The notes beneath the pieces are model-generated. The model saw only the letters and a program-made list of their open reading frames with translations, was not told the DNA's origin and searched no databases. This document shows positions 50,581 through 63,720 of a DNA stretch of 64,000 nucleotides, piece after piece. The stretch is taken from contig NC_092670.1 in assembly GCF_964355755.1 (NCBI RefSeq), positions 21,748,795 to 21,812,794 on the forward strand, in the 5' to 3' direction. The stretch's first letter is position 1, and each line of letters begins with the position of its first letter. Made by a program: the position numbers and the translations under genes. The DNA is from Antedon mediterranea (taxonomy: Eukaryota; Animalia; Echinodermata).

Positions 50581-51214
50581 CTTGAGTTATGTTATTTCAT
50601 CCAATTAGAAGCAAGTTCACTTAACATTCTTTTTAGTTATTGATCCACAACAATAATAAATGAACTCCCCAGGTATCATTATATTATTTATGCATTTTTA
50701 TACATGGAAACCTGTTATTTGATATTAATGTTTTCCCACAACATCTAAGAAAACAAAACAACAATTAAGTATAAATATAAACACTATATATATCACAATT
50801 TTTTTTACACACCCTTTTTTACATAAGTTTGTTCTCCATCCAGATCCACACACTAATTACTTTTAATTGTACAACTTGTATAATGAGCTCCTATAACAAC
50901 AGTATTAATTATATTGAATGAAGAACTATCTGCTATAGTTTCATTTCATTTATTTCGTCAGAAACAACAAATACATAACAAAACAAAAGAAAAAGAGTTC
51001 AAACAAATAATTTAACAAAAAGGCGAAATAAATCACTGTAAAGTGGCTCACCAAAATGGAAATAGAAAAGAGTTATATACTGTACAATTATAATTAAAAT
51101 ACTAATATTAGTTAAAGAGCTCCTGAGTAATGCTATAGTTTAACACTAAAATATTGTTTTTACAGACTACAAGGCACCCATATTTTTTTCATAATCATAA
51201 TTGTATTTCAATAA

Positions 51215-51800
51215 CTCAATTCAATTCAATTCAAAGCAACATTTATTTTCTCTTTTCATATACAAAATAGATTTCAATGAACAATATATATGTAAACAAA
51301 ATTTTGAAAGAAGAAGGTACACGCCCAGAAAAATGAAAAACACATCTTGTGGAGGACGTACCTATTACAGACACAGACAATGAAAATTTAAAAAAAAATA
51401 AATAATAAATAAAAAAAAATTTTAAAAACCCGACCGAGGAAAAGTTAATATTTGGAAATAAGGTGACTTTTAAGTTTAGATAAAAATGATTTGCTAGAAA
51501 CAGAGTTTAAGATGGGGAGTGGCAGATCGTTCCAAAAAGTGGGTCCGGAATACCTAATGTTGTGTTGAAAGTGGTTGGTTTTATGGGTTGGAATATGTAA
51601 TTTTGAACAAATACGGGTATGAAGATAATGAATTGAAGAATTTGGAGTGAACATGGAGCAGAGATATTTGTGAAGGTTAGAATTAATAGAAGAAAAGATG
51701 AAAGAACCTTGTTGGGTTAGATTGATATCAGAGACTTTGAGAAGATGGAGCTTTGAAAAAAGATGAGATGAATGAGACAGGTGAAATTGTCTCGTGAACA
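51215..51800 (-). mobile_element. LINE 3' end (L2/Crack/Daphne-like) with (TTGAA)n tail
   Basis: ORF end HSSHLFSKLHLLKVSDI...HTR..LHIP..KTN....IRYSGPTFWNDLP..I.NS.S..SF..KLKSHL with stop at 51445; tail ttgaattgaattgaattga at about 51217-51233. Confidence 0.82.
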
Positions 51801-53899
51801 TATTTTCGGCCTTTTTATTGTCCAATATACTATAGTTATACATTAGAGTCACTATAAAATATTATGTCTGCCAGTATCCCATAAAATAATGAACTAGTTA
51901 ATTAGTGGTCAGTAACAAGTTAACAAAGTTTAATATAAAACATATGAAATATGTTTAAAGGGTGGTATTGTTTAACACCTATGGTATTGTTCTGGCCAAT
52001 GGGAAAAGGGTATACAGTGTTGTGTAATATATAATCATAAATTGTGTATGGCACCTGTTGATGAAGTATAATGAATGAAACTATAACTAGAGTGAACTGT
52101 TACTAGGATATATAGCCAGCTATAATTTTACTAAAATAGGTTTAGCATATGACCAGGCTGGCTATAAAAGTTTACCTAAAACAAAAACATTAAACTTTAA
52201 GATATATACATTTTAACTTATTTTTCTTTGCTTTTAAAACATACAAAATGTAACCAGCTAGTCAGTTATTGATTAGTCCATACTTTTAATAGTTTTATTT
52301 ATTGTCAGTATATTACCATCAGTAAAAAATAAAGAATGTCTTCATTTGACTGTCAGTAGTACCATATTGGTTTGTTTGATAGTGTAGACAGAGAATTAGA
52401 TGAAAAAAAGAATGATTGAATGCTTCAAGCAGAGAAAGAAAAATGGGGAATGGAAGGGGGACTTCTCTGTTTCAACTTCTGGGAAATTTAGACATCCCAC
52501 AACAGTAATACTAATAGTGTATAAACAGGTGTTGGTAGTAATACTATGGAACTTGGCAAAATAGTAGTTGGATTGGGTTATTAACCAATCAGAATTGATT
52601 GTTGACATGCTAACTAATTATATAGGTACCTTGAACCATTTCTTTTTTAGTGGTTTTATTTCTTTAAATGAAACTCAATTTAAACTAAATAAGCTGGAGT
52701 CGTGTCAATTATGGGGCAACTGTATAAATTGAACTTTTTTTAAACTTTTCTATTAAAAAAAAATATTGATACAGAAAAATACCAAATACTGTATGTGCTC
52801 ACTGGTTAATTTTAAATTGTTTTTATGCTACATGATGAAGTAACTATTACATTAGGGCAATTTGTGCACATGATTAGTTTTTACGTTTACGATATATTTG
52901 GATATGTACAGTCAAACCTGCACTTTTTTTTTGCAATAGATTTTTTTTACATTTTTGTGGAGTTTACAGAATATTTGTGGAGTTTGTGTTGGTTACTTTA
53001 AATATTACTACTACCATTCTTTGAGTAAACATGATATCTCTAAATCATTTGTATGTACATTCCAGGTTTAATTTGAGACAACATTGAATGTACTATAGTT
53101 TTGTATGATATCGTCTAAGATTACGAAATCTCATGCAATATTCAACCCGCTGTGAGCATCTTTTCATTTTCTCATTTCTTTATTTTGAAAAAAATGTCCT
53201 CGCAATAATTGTAACAAATAAAATCAAAAAGTTCAACGAAATATATATAGGATATGATCACTAACAAGGTCACATCCTACATTGCATTCAAACACCCAGA
53301 GGTTAAATTAGCCTCAAGGCATGATGGGAAAATAAATATCCACCAATCAGAAGCACCCGTTCCTGTACTTTTTATGTCTGCTAATGAAATTTGACAAATT
53401 GAATTTTGCCAGATGCATTGGATTCCGGAAAAGACAGCGTCAACAATTATTTTTATAAATGTAATCGCATCGAAAAGTTTCATATTTAATTCGTCATAGG
53501 ACTCAAAATAAATTTGATAAAATAGAAATTAACTCGACTCATTTTGTACTGCACAACTTTATTATGTATGAGTTTGGTATGATAACTGCTAATGTCTCTG
53601 TAAAGTAATAATTCTGCAAGGGCATGTTTCCACTGAAGAATCTGTTTTTGTTTGTTTTTTTTTTGCATAATAATAACAACATTTATTTAACATCATCGGA
53701 CAGTTTACATTGTTTATGGTCAAGACACACAGAAGCCAAAGTGGCTTGTCTTTGTAGTTCCTAAGCATAAAACATAGACGGACGCATTACAATTACAAAA
53801 AAATGACATTTTAAGACAGAAAAAGAAAAAATAGAAAGTACAAAGTAGTTATATCATCACGTTGTAACCTAATTTTACTCAGAATAAAACTTTACAGTA

Positions 53900-54085
53900 T
53901 TTATTTATTTATACACATCCAACAGCGAGCACAAACTCGCCAATTACAGGATGACATAAACGATTCTATAATTTATTGTGCTTATAAACTCCTTAAGTCT
54001 CATTTGAGGCTTTGGGAGTCGTGTTGAACGAGTCATGAGTTACACTCCTGGCACTAGGTCAGGATTGAACCCTGGACTTTGACCT
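53900..54085 (-). mobile_element. 5'-truncated copy of the tRNA-Gly-like SINE
   Basis: Matches 63528-63680 (catccaacagc.agc..aactcgccaattacaggatg...ctcatttgaggct...cctggcact.ggtca.gattgaacc). Confidence 0.7.
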
Positions 54086-54794
54086 AACACAACAAACGTT
54101 CAGTTTCGATAGTCGCCTTTGAAAAATCCTAGCCAGCCCACAAGTGGTCTATTTTTACATTCTTGTTTCAAATTCTTCTCTAGTAAAATTTGGAGTATTT
54201 TCGTATGCACCTTTGATCTGATTTGCTGCTTAATCGACATTAAGCTAAATTTCATGTCAATTCACTTAATCTAACGTATTATCTCTCTTTGATCTTAAGA
54301 CACTAGAAAATGTCTGTAGGCCGAGATTTTAAAGTATTTCACTTTGGTGAGAAGTTCAATTTTCGGAATTAACAGGTTTAACCGCATAACGGCACCAGTG
54401 TTATGCTCTATAAGACAAAAGTAAAGATTTATCCATTATATTCTTATCTTAAAAGGATTTATGAAAACATTCCAAAGAATTGGCATATGCAAGTCATCAT
54501 ATAATAAGTTAAAGAAGGCCAAATACTGTGTGCAAGTCATCATGTAATAGTTAAGAAAGGGCGACTGCTAACATGCGCCCCCTGTGGTTTAAACATTGAG
54601 GTCCAGGCCCTGTTGTTGGTAGGTTAATCGATATGGGGTACATGCTGTGGAGAGTGCTAGATTCTTGACCAACCAGCATGAAAGCGGGAGTTTATGTGTG
54701 GCTAACCCGTTGTTTCCTATCAAAAATATGTACTATTTATGTCAAAATTTGGACGTTAATGATTTTACAAGTATGGTGAAGTTGTGCAGAATTA

Positions 54795-55469
54795 GGGTAT
54801 GTTCAGACTCACGGAGTTACGGTGGAGTTATCTACGCAAGGCGTACGGTAATCCGTGGCGTTAAAAGCCAAGGTGTTCAGACACAACGATCAACATTCCA
54901 ATGCCTTGCGTTTAAACACTCTGATCAGGTCAAAGCAGATAGAACTATATGTATACATTCATGACAATGCATGAAAGTTTACATCGTTTACATTGTTTTT
55001 TTAATTTTTATTTATATAATCTTTACCTTCAAATATACTGATTTGTTCTTACTACTTGTAGAATTGCATTTTAATTCAAAATAATTTAAAACGTAATTGT
55101 TACATGGACAATTATCCGATTAATTGATATAATTTATGAAAATATCATATTACTGATGCCAACTTTACTGTTCTTTAAAATCTGAACCTGAAAATACATT
55201 TGTCATAGCTAATTCGCTGTCGTATCATAGGGTACGGGTATGTAGTTGCTGTCTGCTAATCATGGTCGTGTATTTTCATTGGTTAAGGTTAAAATCACTG
55301 ATGCATCACTGGATTAGCGTTATGAAATCTACCCTCTCCCGCTAGAGTTATTAACGCCACTGGCGCGGAGTAACAGCTTCCTAACGCTAATCCGCGGCAT
55401 GGTTCAGACACAAAAATATGTACGCCGCTTACATAACTCCACCGTAACTCCGTGAGTCTGAACATACCC
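54795..55469. mobile_element. MITE with long perfect TIRs, PIF/Harbinger-like (675 bp)
   Basis: Perfect TIR of more than 35 bp, GGGTATGTTCAGACTCACGGAGTTACGGTGGAGTTAT, flanked by TTA and TAA. Confidence 0.85.
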
Positions 55470-55586
55470 TAAGATTAACATTTTTAGGGTGTGTTTTGGT
55501 TTAATATGGAGTTTATTTTAATATATAGGCCTACTTTATATTATTTTTAATTGCTGTATTGGGTGTCATGGGATATTAACATTATA

Positions 55587-56433
55587 GGGCCTGTTTCTAT
55601 AGAGCAGAGAATACGGTTTTGAATACCGTTCTTTTCAAGAACCGTTTTTTCTTGCCAGCAGAAATGGGTCCCCACAAAAAACCACAAAAAAGAACCGATC
55701 TTAAAAACGGTTTCAAAAACCCCAATTGATTGCGGTCTCGATCGCAAAGAACCGTTCTGAAACCGGTTTCCGCGGAGCAATTTTTAGCTGCAACACAATC
55801 GCGGTCTCAATTTGACCCCAAAAACTGAACTCTGCAGTGTGCTGCACTGGGATGATTGCGGTCATCTCGCAGTCAAACTCGCGCGATAGGACCTAGGCCT
55901 AAGTCATTTTTATTTCTCTAGATAGTGAGTATTTTATTTAACTAAAAAATGTTGACCGATGCCATTACGAGGTTCGTAAAAAATATGTGAAGGAAAGAAG
56001 ATGAGGGGACTTGTCGGGAGTCGGAAGAAAGACTCGCGTATAGGCCTACATGTTTTTAAGAATATTGTAAAGCGTGTGAAAAATAGACGAGTTCAACTTG
56101 ACAATATCAGAGGGTGCGACGTACCTATACTTTAACCAAGGACCACAATAACGTTTCAGGTAATAATTCCCCCTTCTATGATGAAATGGATGCTATTTCT
56201 TGGGGATCGCGCTATGCGAAAAAAAGTAAACATGACCTCGATCAAATCGCGCTTCCGCCTAACGAACTGCATTGTGGTGTATATAATGACGTCATTCATA
56301 ACGAACGCACATGGACGGAACCGGTTTTATTGGAGTAAAAATTGAGCTGCAACGCGATCTTTATTTATAAACAACAGCCGAAACCGGTTTCCAAAAAACC
56401 GTTCTTTTTTTATTTTTCAATAGAAACAGGCCC
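55587..56433 (+). mobile_element. Internally deleted PIF/Harbinger element (847 bp) retaining a Myb/SANT-like coding remnant
   Basis: TIR GGGCCTGTTTCTAT...ATAGAAACAGGCCC with 3-bp TSD ATA on both sides. Internal YTLTKDHNNVSGNNSPFYDEMDAI (about 56126-56200) resembles the C-terminal motif of Harbinger Myb/SANT (trihelix) DNA-binding proteins. Confidence 0.8.
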
Positions 56434-56559
56434 ATAGAATAATATCAAATAACAGGTTTCCCTGTATAAAAATACATAAATAATAATACTCTCTGTGGAA
56501 TTCATTTAAAAACCATTGTGGGTGATTAACTGAGAAATAAAATTGTTTCCAATTGGCTG

Positions 56560-56716
56560 AAAGGTTACAATTATAAAGTAACCATTAAACTAAGTTCTGA
56601 TTGGTCAGTTCTTAAATATAGGAAAAAAAGAAAGTTTTACCACATGGGTTCTATAACCATGGCAATCAATTGTGTACTGTACTTCCTGAAGTCAGATTGG
56701 TCTGTTTATAATTATT
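56560..56716. repeat. Dispersed repeat, inverted partner of 50395-50580
   Basis: ccacatgggttctataaccatggcaat and flanking gattggtc motifs match the reverse complement of the 50.4-kb copy. Confidence 0.7.
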
Positions 56717-58127
56717 GAGAAAATGCTGAAATATATATAGTGCATATATTTAAAAAACGTTTTATACATATTGCTTACCTGGATAAACCAACAATAGCCT
56801 ATATGCCTCGAAGATATAACATGGACAGTAAAACATTCATTGAACAATGGTATAGATTAAACAGATTGCACATTCACATACAACATTGCAACAAAACTAA
56901 ACTTACACATGTTTGCAATGAATATTATTATGTCCATGGTATTACCATCACATTTGTAAAACCATTTTAAAATATAATTTTTTCTTTTAAAAGAATTCCA
57001 GACATTTAATAATCAATTCAACAACCTGTCATGAAGTTTAAAACATTTCACACCTTTCTACATTTTAACACTACAATCACACAAGCAAATCACGATTTGA
57101 GGTATTCCTTTACATGTCAGATCTGTTGAAAGATTTTTTGACAATTTAGTCTATTCTGTCTAAACATATTAAGCTCACTACCCATCATATGTATAGTGCA
57201 TGTCCATTATCTTTTATTGGCAGTTGCCCTACTGCCTACTCCACAGGTCAATGTTTACATTACAGAATAAAATACAAACATTAACTTGACACATATCCCA
57301 ACAGCCAATCACAATTAGTCGTTATAAGAGTGATAGTTAATCCTTGAAAGTTCATCTGATGAACTCACAAGAATTTTGTTTTATGGAGAACACAACAAAG
57401 TGTGTATGTGCTGCTCAGTCTAGCTAGGGTTCAACCAGGGAGTACAACTCCCTGGTTCAACCTACTCAGTCTAGGTTGAACCTTTTTTATGTGGTGTACT
57501 AGAACATCCCCCTTTTTTAGTTATTTAAATCTATATATAGTTTTTTTCAAGCAAAACTTGGTTTGATTTAAAACTTTCCACTCAATTTCTCAATTCATTT
57601 ATAGCACATTCTTCTAGAAATCATAGAATATGGTAAACAGCTTCAACACAAAAAAAGGGGCAAAAGAGAAAATATAAGTAAAAAACCACAAATTGAGGAT
57701 GTTACATTGTTGTTTTATTATTTTTGTTTTCTTTTAAAATTTCTCATTGCTAAAATCTCTGTTATACAAAATAAGTCCTTGACTAACTTTCTATTTATAA
57801 GTACCTTGTATAGTGTCTATTTACTGCAGCAATCTTTTTATTTACCAACCTGACTTACAAGGATAAGTTTGAACAATAGGTGTATTACGAGACAAGAACA
57901 ACACGCTTCACGGTATTGTTCTGATGGAATGCAGCACACGCAACATGTAAATAGGCAATAGCACGAGTACAAACATCACACGTCAGTCTTCTGATACGAT
58001 CTTTTATCTATTGTTTGTTTATCTCGTGTTGTGGCAACAACCGAAAAGTTGTCTTTTTGGACAAACATGTTACTTCATAATCATGACTTCATATTCAAGT
58101 TTCCTACCATATCAAATATATCTTTAG

Positions 58128-58440
58128 AATAACCATTCTTCTGGTTGAGTAGTAACATATAACATCTAACATGGTATATTGAAACTATTATGAATATGCC
58201 TTGATTTGAACCTAATCATCGACTTGATATAGGTTGGCAAGTTGACCACCAAACCACATTGAATAACCATTCTTCTGGTTGAGTAGCAACACATCATCTA
58301 ACATGTTATATATTGCAAATGAATATGCCTTGATTTGAACATACAGTAATCATCGACTTGATATAGGTTGGCAAGTTGGCCACCAAACCATATTGAATAT
58401 ATCTTTGAGAAACATTCTTCTGGTTGAGTAGCAACACATA
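58128..58440. repeat. Diverged tandem repeat, about 135-145 bp unit, about 2.3 copies
   Basis: cattcttctggttgagtag recurs at about 58134, 58268 and 58413; tgaatatgccttgatttgaac and atcatcgacttgatataggttggcaagttg each recur twice. Confidence 0.85.
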
Positions 58441-61400
58441 AACATGTTTCCAGGGTACGTATCCCAGGGTGCTCATCAAATTTTAGACTCTCAGAAAGAG
58501 GTTAATTAAGGTCACACCATGAGGGATTTCTAGCGTTAAACGCCATGTTTATAGTGTCAAAGAATTAGCATGCAGACAAGATCAATTTAAATGGGAGACA
58601 TATAACAACATATTACCTAAAACTTAATTATAGTTTAACAGTGATAATTTAATTTTTGAAGCGGGGTTAATTTGGGAGAGAATTTAAAAGATGCAAGCGT
58701 GTTTGTCGTGTCAATCAAAATGTGAATCTTTGTGTCGTCTAATTTTAGATCAATTCAGATATTAATCAATTAAATAATTTGTATTTGTTTGTTTAATCTT
58801 TCTTGAATTTCCATGTAGAATATCAAAATGTTTACCACAGTGTAAACCAGAAATTGGCCTATAGATATAAACATAATTCAGTTTAGAAATTATACTGTAT
58901 AATAAATACCTGTATCTCACTTTAATGACATTTTTAGTACCCTGGATATTACAAATATTATATGCATTAGACCACATGACAATTGTGATTCCCAGGGTAG
59001 TTTAAATAACCCCAGGCAATGCTGATGATGCAGCATTTTCAGTAGGCTGCAAGTTGTGCTGTCAAAGCATGACCTCAAGCCCAACATGGATAGATAAGAT
59101 ATCCCAAGGGAAAAGTTGAGTAAGGGTGCTGAGCCCACATTCAATGCAGGAGGTGTGCTGATGTTATCCAGGCTAGGCTAGACATCCCCTATGCACTGGT
59201 GTCATGGCACCAATTAAATGCCTTTATATTGTATAACTTCCAGCTTTTTCAGATGTTACCTGCAGCATTGATTTTGCCAACCTGTCTGTAATATGTGCTA
59301 AAAAATAATTTATCTCTTAAATCTCATTGCTTGCTCATTTATAAAATGTCTTTATTAAAAAATTATAATAAGATATTGTACTTGTACGATAGTTGTGTAG
59401 CTGCTAACATAAAAAACATAGTACAGGATAGTTATTTATAATATATTATTTAGGTTTATTACTGATAATACATTTTACATGATATAAAAGTGCTCTGTTC
59501 CATATTATATATAATACATAAATAATTATTAGCCATATGTTTTATACAATAGTAAGGAATTCGCTCATGATCTGTATCCTCTTTGTTAGTGACCCAACTA
59601 GGATACATATTTTATTATCTATAAAATATTTATTCTATTTTAAGATTTTCAGCAAGCATAAACAATTTTGATTACTAGGTTATGGTAATACAAGGTTCAA
59701 GTTTTCCCAATATTCCGGTAGCATAAAAAAGAAGAATCCAAAATTCATCCATGAGACAGGAAGGAGCCATTATTTTCCATTGGGATCTGGCAGCTGTTTT
59801 CCCAGTTCTTAGTGCTCTTTTCCAAAAGACTTGTTTTAGGTTAATAATTCTTTCTGCAAGATCCAAAATACCTCCCTTTGGATCCCCCTTCAATGCCTTT
59901 CCAATATGTTATTGACTGTGTTAGTACATCTCCCTGGTTACAGTACCTTATATCTTAGCTTGTTTCTTCTCTCTGATAGTCACAGCTTTTCAATGGGGCA
60001 TCTACTTAATAATAATAGTTATCAGCACCTCATAATATACTATTATTGCCAATTGTTCCTTCTCTTCTGATAGTGCAGTATAAGTTGATAGTGACAGTCC
60101 TTCTGTCTCTTGTCAGTCAACTATCCACCTGACAACCTTACTCTTGACTTTCAGTAATGCAGACTTTTTCCAACAGAGGTCATAGGCCTACAGTACCTCC
60201 TACCACGGAGAATCCTATTTCTCCATGCTCCTACAAATCACTGCCATCATTTCACAAACCAGCCTGACAAACCAGATTAGTTACAAGTAATTTGGAAGCT
60301 ATTACACCAGTAATTATTGCTTTAAATGAATACATCTTTTATTTAGTAACAGTATGTAATCATACAATGTAAATGCCCTTGTATGTTTATTTCTTCAGTT
60401 AAAAAATACACAAATGCACAGTAAAATACTTTTTGTTGATATAAAGTTTGCAGTACACCACATATATTAGTTTTGAAAAGAACTCAATGTTTTGACGTTC
60501 TGAGGACGATCAAAGCATATTGATCGAAATGTCAAGTAACTCAACAGAACTATAAATAATATACATGGTGTACCGAAAACTTTATATCAACATTTTATTT
60601 CGCCATGCAAACCTTCAAACAATATATTTAAAAAAAATAAAAACATGTGTTGCTGTATTTAAATTATGCCTTCTGCTTATAGCATTATTGATATTAGTTA
60701 TTAATATTTTTTTAATAAATGAAAATATTAAAAACAAAAATATAAGCAATATCTTTAAAAGTAATTTAAACATTAAACTTTAGACAACATTTGGTTCTTT
60801 CATGTAAATTTCAATAAACATTAAATATTGCTTCAAGCCAACTAAAAAGTAAAATATGTAACTACCCACAAACAAAAATTAAATATACAGAAAGTTCACT
60901 GTTATTAATAGTGATAATTCAATTTATTTTCACATCAGAACAAAGAAAAAAATGAAACTGTGACGTTTTCCCGCTTAAAATGTAATTGGTATTTTATTTG
61001 CAGATACAGGGTAATTAACTAACTTGATGTTCTTGAATTTCAATAAAAAAAAACTTAATGAAGTAGGCCTACATTGCCAGAAGATATAAAACAAATAATG
61101 ACTTTGCAATATGTAACATCAAATTTGAATCTATTATTGGTTGCCAAGAGCTTGTATTGACAGATATTGTAGCCAGATTGAAGGAACAAATATTTTGTTT
61201 GTGACCAAGTTAATGAAATTGGTGAACTTCTGATTTGTATAGACATAGAACCTAGGGCGTCGTCTGGACCAAGAACCTAGGAGGACCTAGACATATTTGG
61301 GGTTTTCTGGACCAAGAATCTGCCAAAACTCTGTCGAGGAATCAAGTGAGTGAGAAAGCTGTGCCAATGTCCTCACATGTACACACTGATTTAACATAAC

Positions 61401-63514
61401 TAACTCTTTGGTTCTAAGACATCGCAATTCAAAAGCTCCCTCTTACTATTACTAAGTGACGACCAATGACATCGAGTTTGCCTATGCATAGGTCAATTAG
61501 GTCATTCATTGAAAATTGAAAGTTCCTATGGTAAATTATTTCCTATATTTTAAAATGGTGAATTTCATTGGTGGTTTGTGGGGATGCTCCCATTGAGGGC
61601 ATGGTTTGTGGACTGTACCATTCATGGAGAGGGATGTTCAATGAATTTTGGTAGAAAGGATAAGAATAAGGCTATTGTTGGTTTATCCATGTAAGCGGCA
61701 CTTATAGACTATCAACACCAATTCTAGTTTGCGTAATTTCAATATATTTAGGTCTTATAAATGCAAATTTTTAACCATTTGATTTTTCCACCATATTAGA
61801 TGGTAATATGATCAACAATCATGGTATGCAAAGACCATAAAAAATTCCACTATATAGATTACATTCTCCCCTGGCAACCAAATGTCACAATGCTCTGGGG
61901 CGTGTGATTGAAACGCACTAGGGGCATAAAGAGTGAATTGTTTGTCTCATAGAGTCATATGTATTACAAAAAAACATGTCATATCCATTCATAATATTTT
62001 AAAGCGTGCTTTGTTGTTTTGGAGAATGTGCTTAAGGGTCTGGGGAGATTTTCTCGTTACCTGATAGTAGAAGTAAAATTTATTTAAATCTGGTTTATAG
62101 ATTTCAACAATATGGCTTTGTCTGTGGCATAAATATTTGATCAAGAATCATGAAAAATTAAGAAGATTTAACATTTTTATCGTTTATTGAACTTTATTTT
62201 TATATGCAACGTTACTTTGTATTTTGTGGAATGTAATCGTACAATAGAATATACCTATATGTTGTACCAGCTAGACAACAACTGTCATATGGTACAATTC
62301 CAACCACTTATGTGCCACATTCTAATCGTAATATTCCCTTAATCCCATACTTCCTTTATTATCACTTTCCACATGTTTAACATTCTCTTCCCCATTGGAT
62401 TACCAACACAATCTGCTCAAAATCGTTTGCTACCAATAACTGTCACATGCAAGATTGGCTCTTTATATCCCAAAAGTCCTCCTACATGTCACAACGAGAT
62501 CTTGGATTAAGCTTCGTAATCTGTTATTCCGTTTTTTATATCTTTTAAGTCTGCCATATCTTGTCCTCCTGAGATCTTACTGATCTCTTACAACTAATTG
62601 TACAAAGTATAAAAATATATTGCTGTAATAAGTTTAAACTCCTCAAACTTTGACACAAACATTAATAGAGTAATAATGTAATACTATAGTTACCTAAGAA
62701 CGTATTACATTCTCTTTACAGTCTGCAGTGAAAATCTAACTGATTGCACAAATATAATTTATTAAATTCACTACTTCATAAAAGCTAAAAAATAACAGAT
62801 TTTAAACTTTATAATATGAAATCAAATATATAATAATTATGAAATAATTGTCAACCAAACTATCTTCATTTTTTTTAATCATCGTTAGTACATCTTGTCC
62901 TAGTTTTCTGGAGCATCAGATTAGACATTAAAGTTTTGTTGTCTGAGTCATACCAAACATCAGTCCAATTCATCCTATCTTACTTGAAATCTCTCATTCT
63001 GATTGGTTGATAAATACAAGGATTAGATTGCAATTGGCTGAAGATCCAACATAAGCTAAGAATGATTGTGTTTCCAAGCCGACCACTGAATTTATTGCTG
63101 TGGGGCATAAATATGACCAAATACACTCACAGAACTCAACTTGATGAAAAACATATTTAGAAGATTGTGTAGGCTTGTGCAAGAATTGAGGTTGGCATTT
63201 CTGCCCTAGGAACTATTTATTCAGCCTATTGTTTAGTTGGTTTATAACCAAGCTGGCCTAAGAAATCAATGGGCAAACTCCCAATTTGTATTTAAAGGTA
63301 ACATCTATTGCATAAACTACTACAGCAAGTATAGTGAACACACTGGTATGATGTCTAAGAGACCACCCTCAACATCTCAATAAAACAATAAAGTATTGTT
63401 TCCATCTGTCTTCATTATTTTGTAAATACAGTGCATACCCAACAGTGAATTTATAATTATAAGATGATTGCCAAAATAGTCTTTTTAAAGACTAAAAGTC
63501 GTGTTAAAAAAAAA

Positions 63515-63720
63515 ATTATTTCATAAGCATCCAACAGCAAGCAACTCGCCAATTACAGGATGGATAAACTATTTTATAATTTATCATGCTAAAAAACGTC
63601 TCATTTGAGGCTTATTATAGGGAGTGGAGTTAAAAGAGTTTCAACCCTGGCACTCGGTCATGATTGAACCATGGACCTTGGGATTGGAAGGCAAGCAAGT
63701 TAACCACCAAGCTACAACTC
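63515..63720 (-). mobile_element. tRNA-Gly(TCC)-derived SINE, near full length
   Basis: Minus-strand head GAGTTGTAGCTTGGTGGTTAACTTGCTTGCCTTCCAATCCCAAGGTCCATGGTTCAATC has A- and B-box-like motifs and a GCCTTCCAA anticodon-arm remnant. Its body is shared with 53900-54085. Confidence 0.7.

Noticed and set aside
50395-56716. One 6.3-kb transposon bounded by the inverted repeat pair
   Set aside because: Arms are diverged, I found no TSD, and the interior has no transposase; two independent copies of a dispersed repeat is simpler.
58128-58440. CRISPR-like repeat-spacer array (also considered for the GAATAAACGCC repeats at 13700-14134)
   Set aside because: Eukaryotic context; the intervening sequences are themselves repeated or irregular; no cas genes.
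63646-63720. tRNA-Gly gene
   Set aside because: Stems do not pair into a cloverleaf, and the head is attached to a body repeated at 53900-54085, so it is a SINE.
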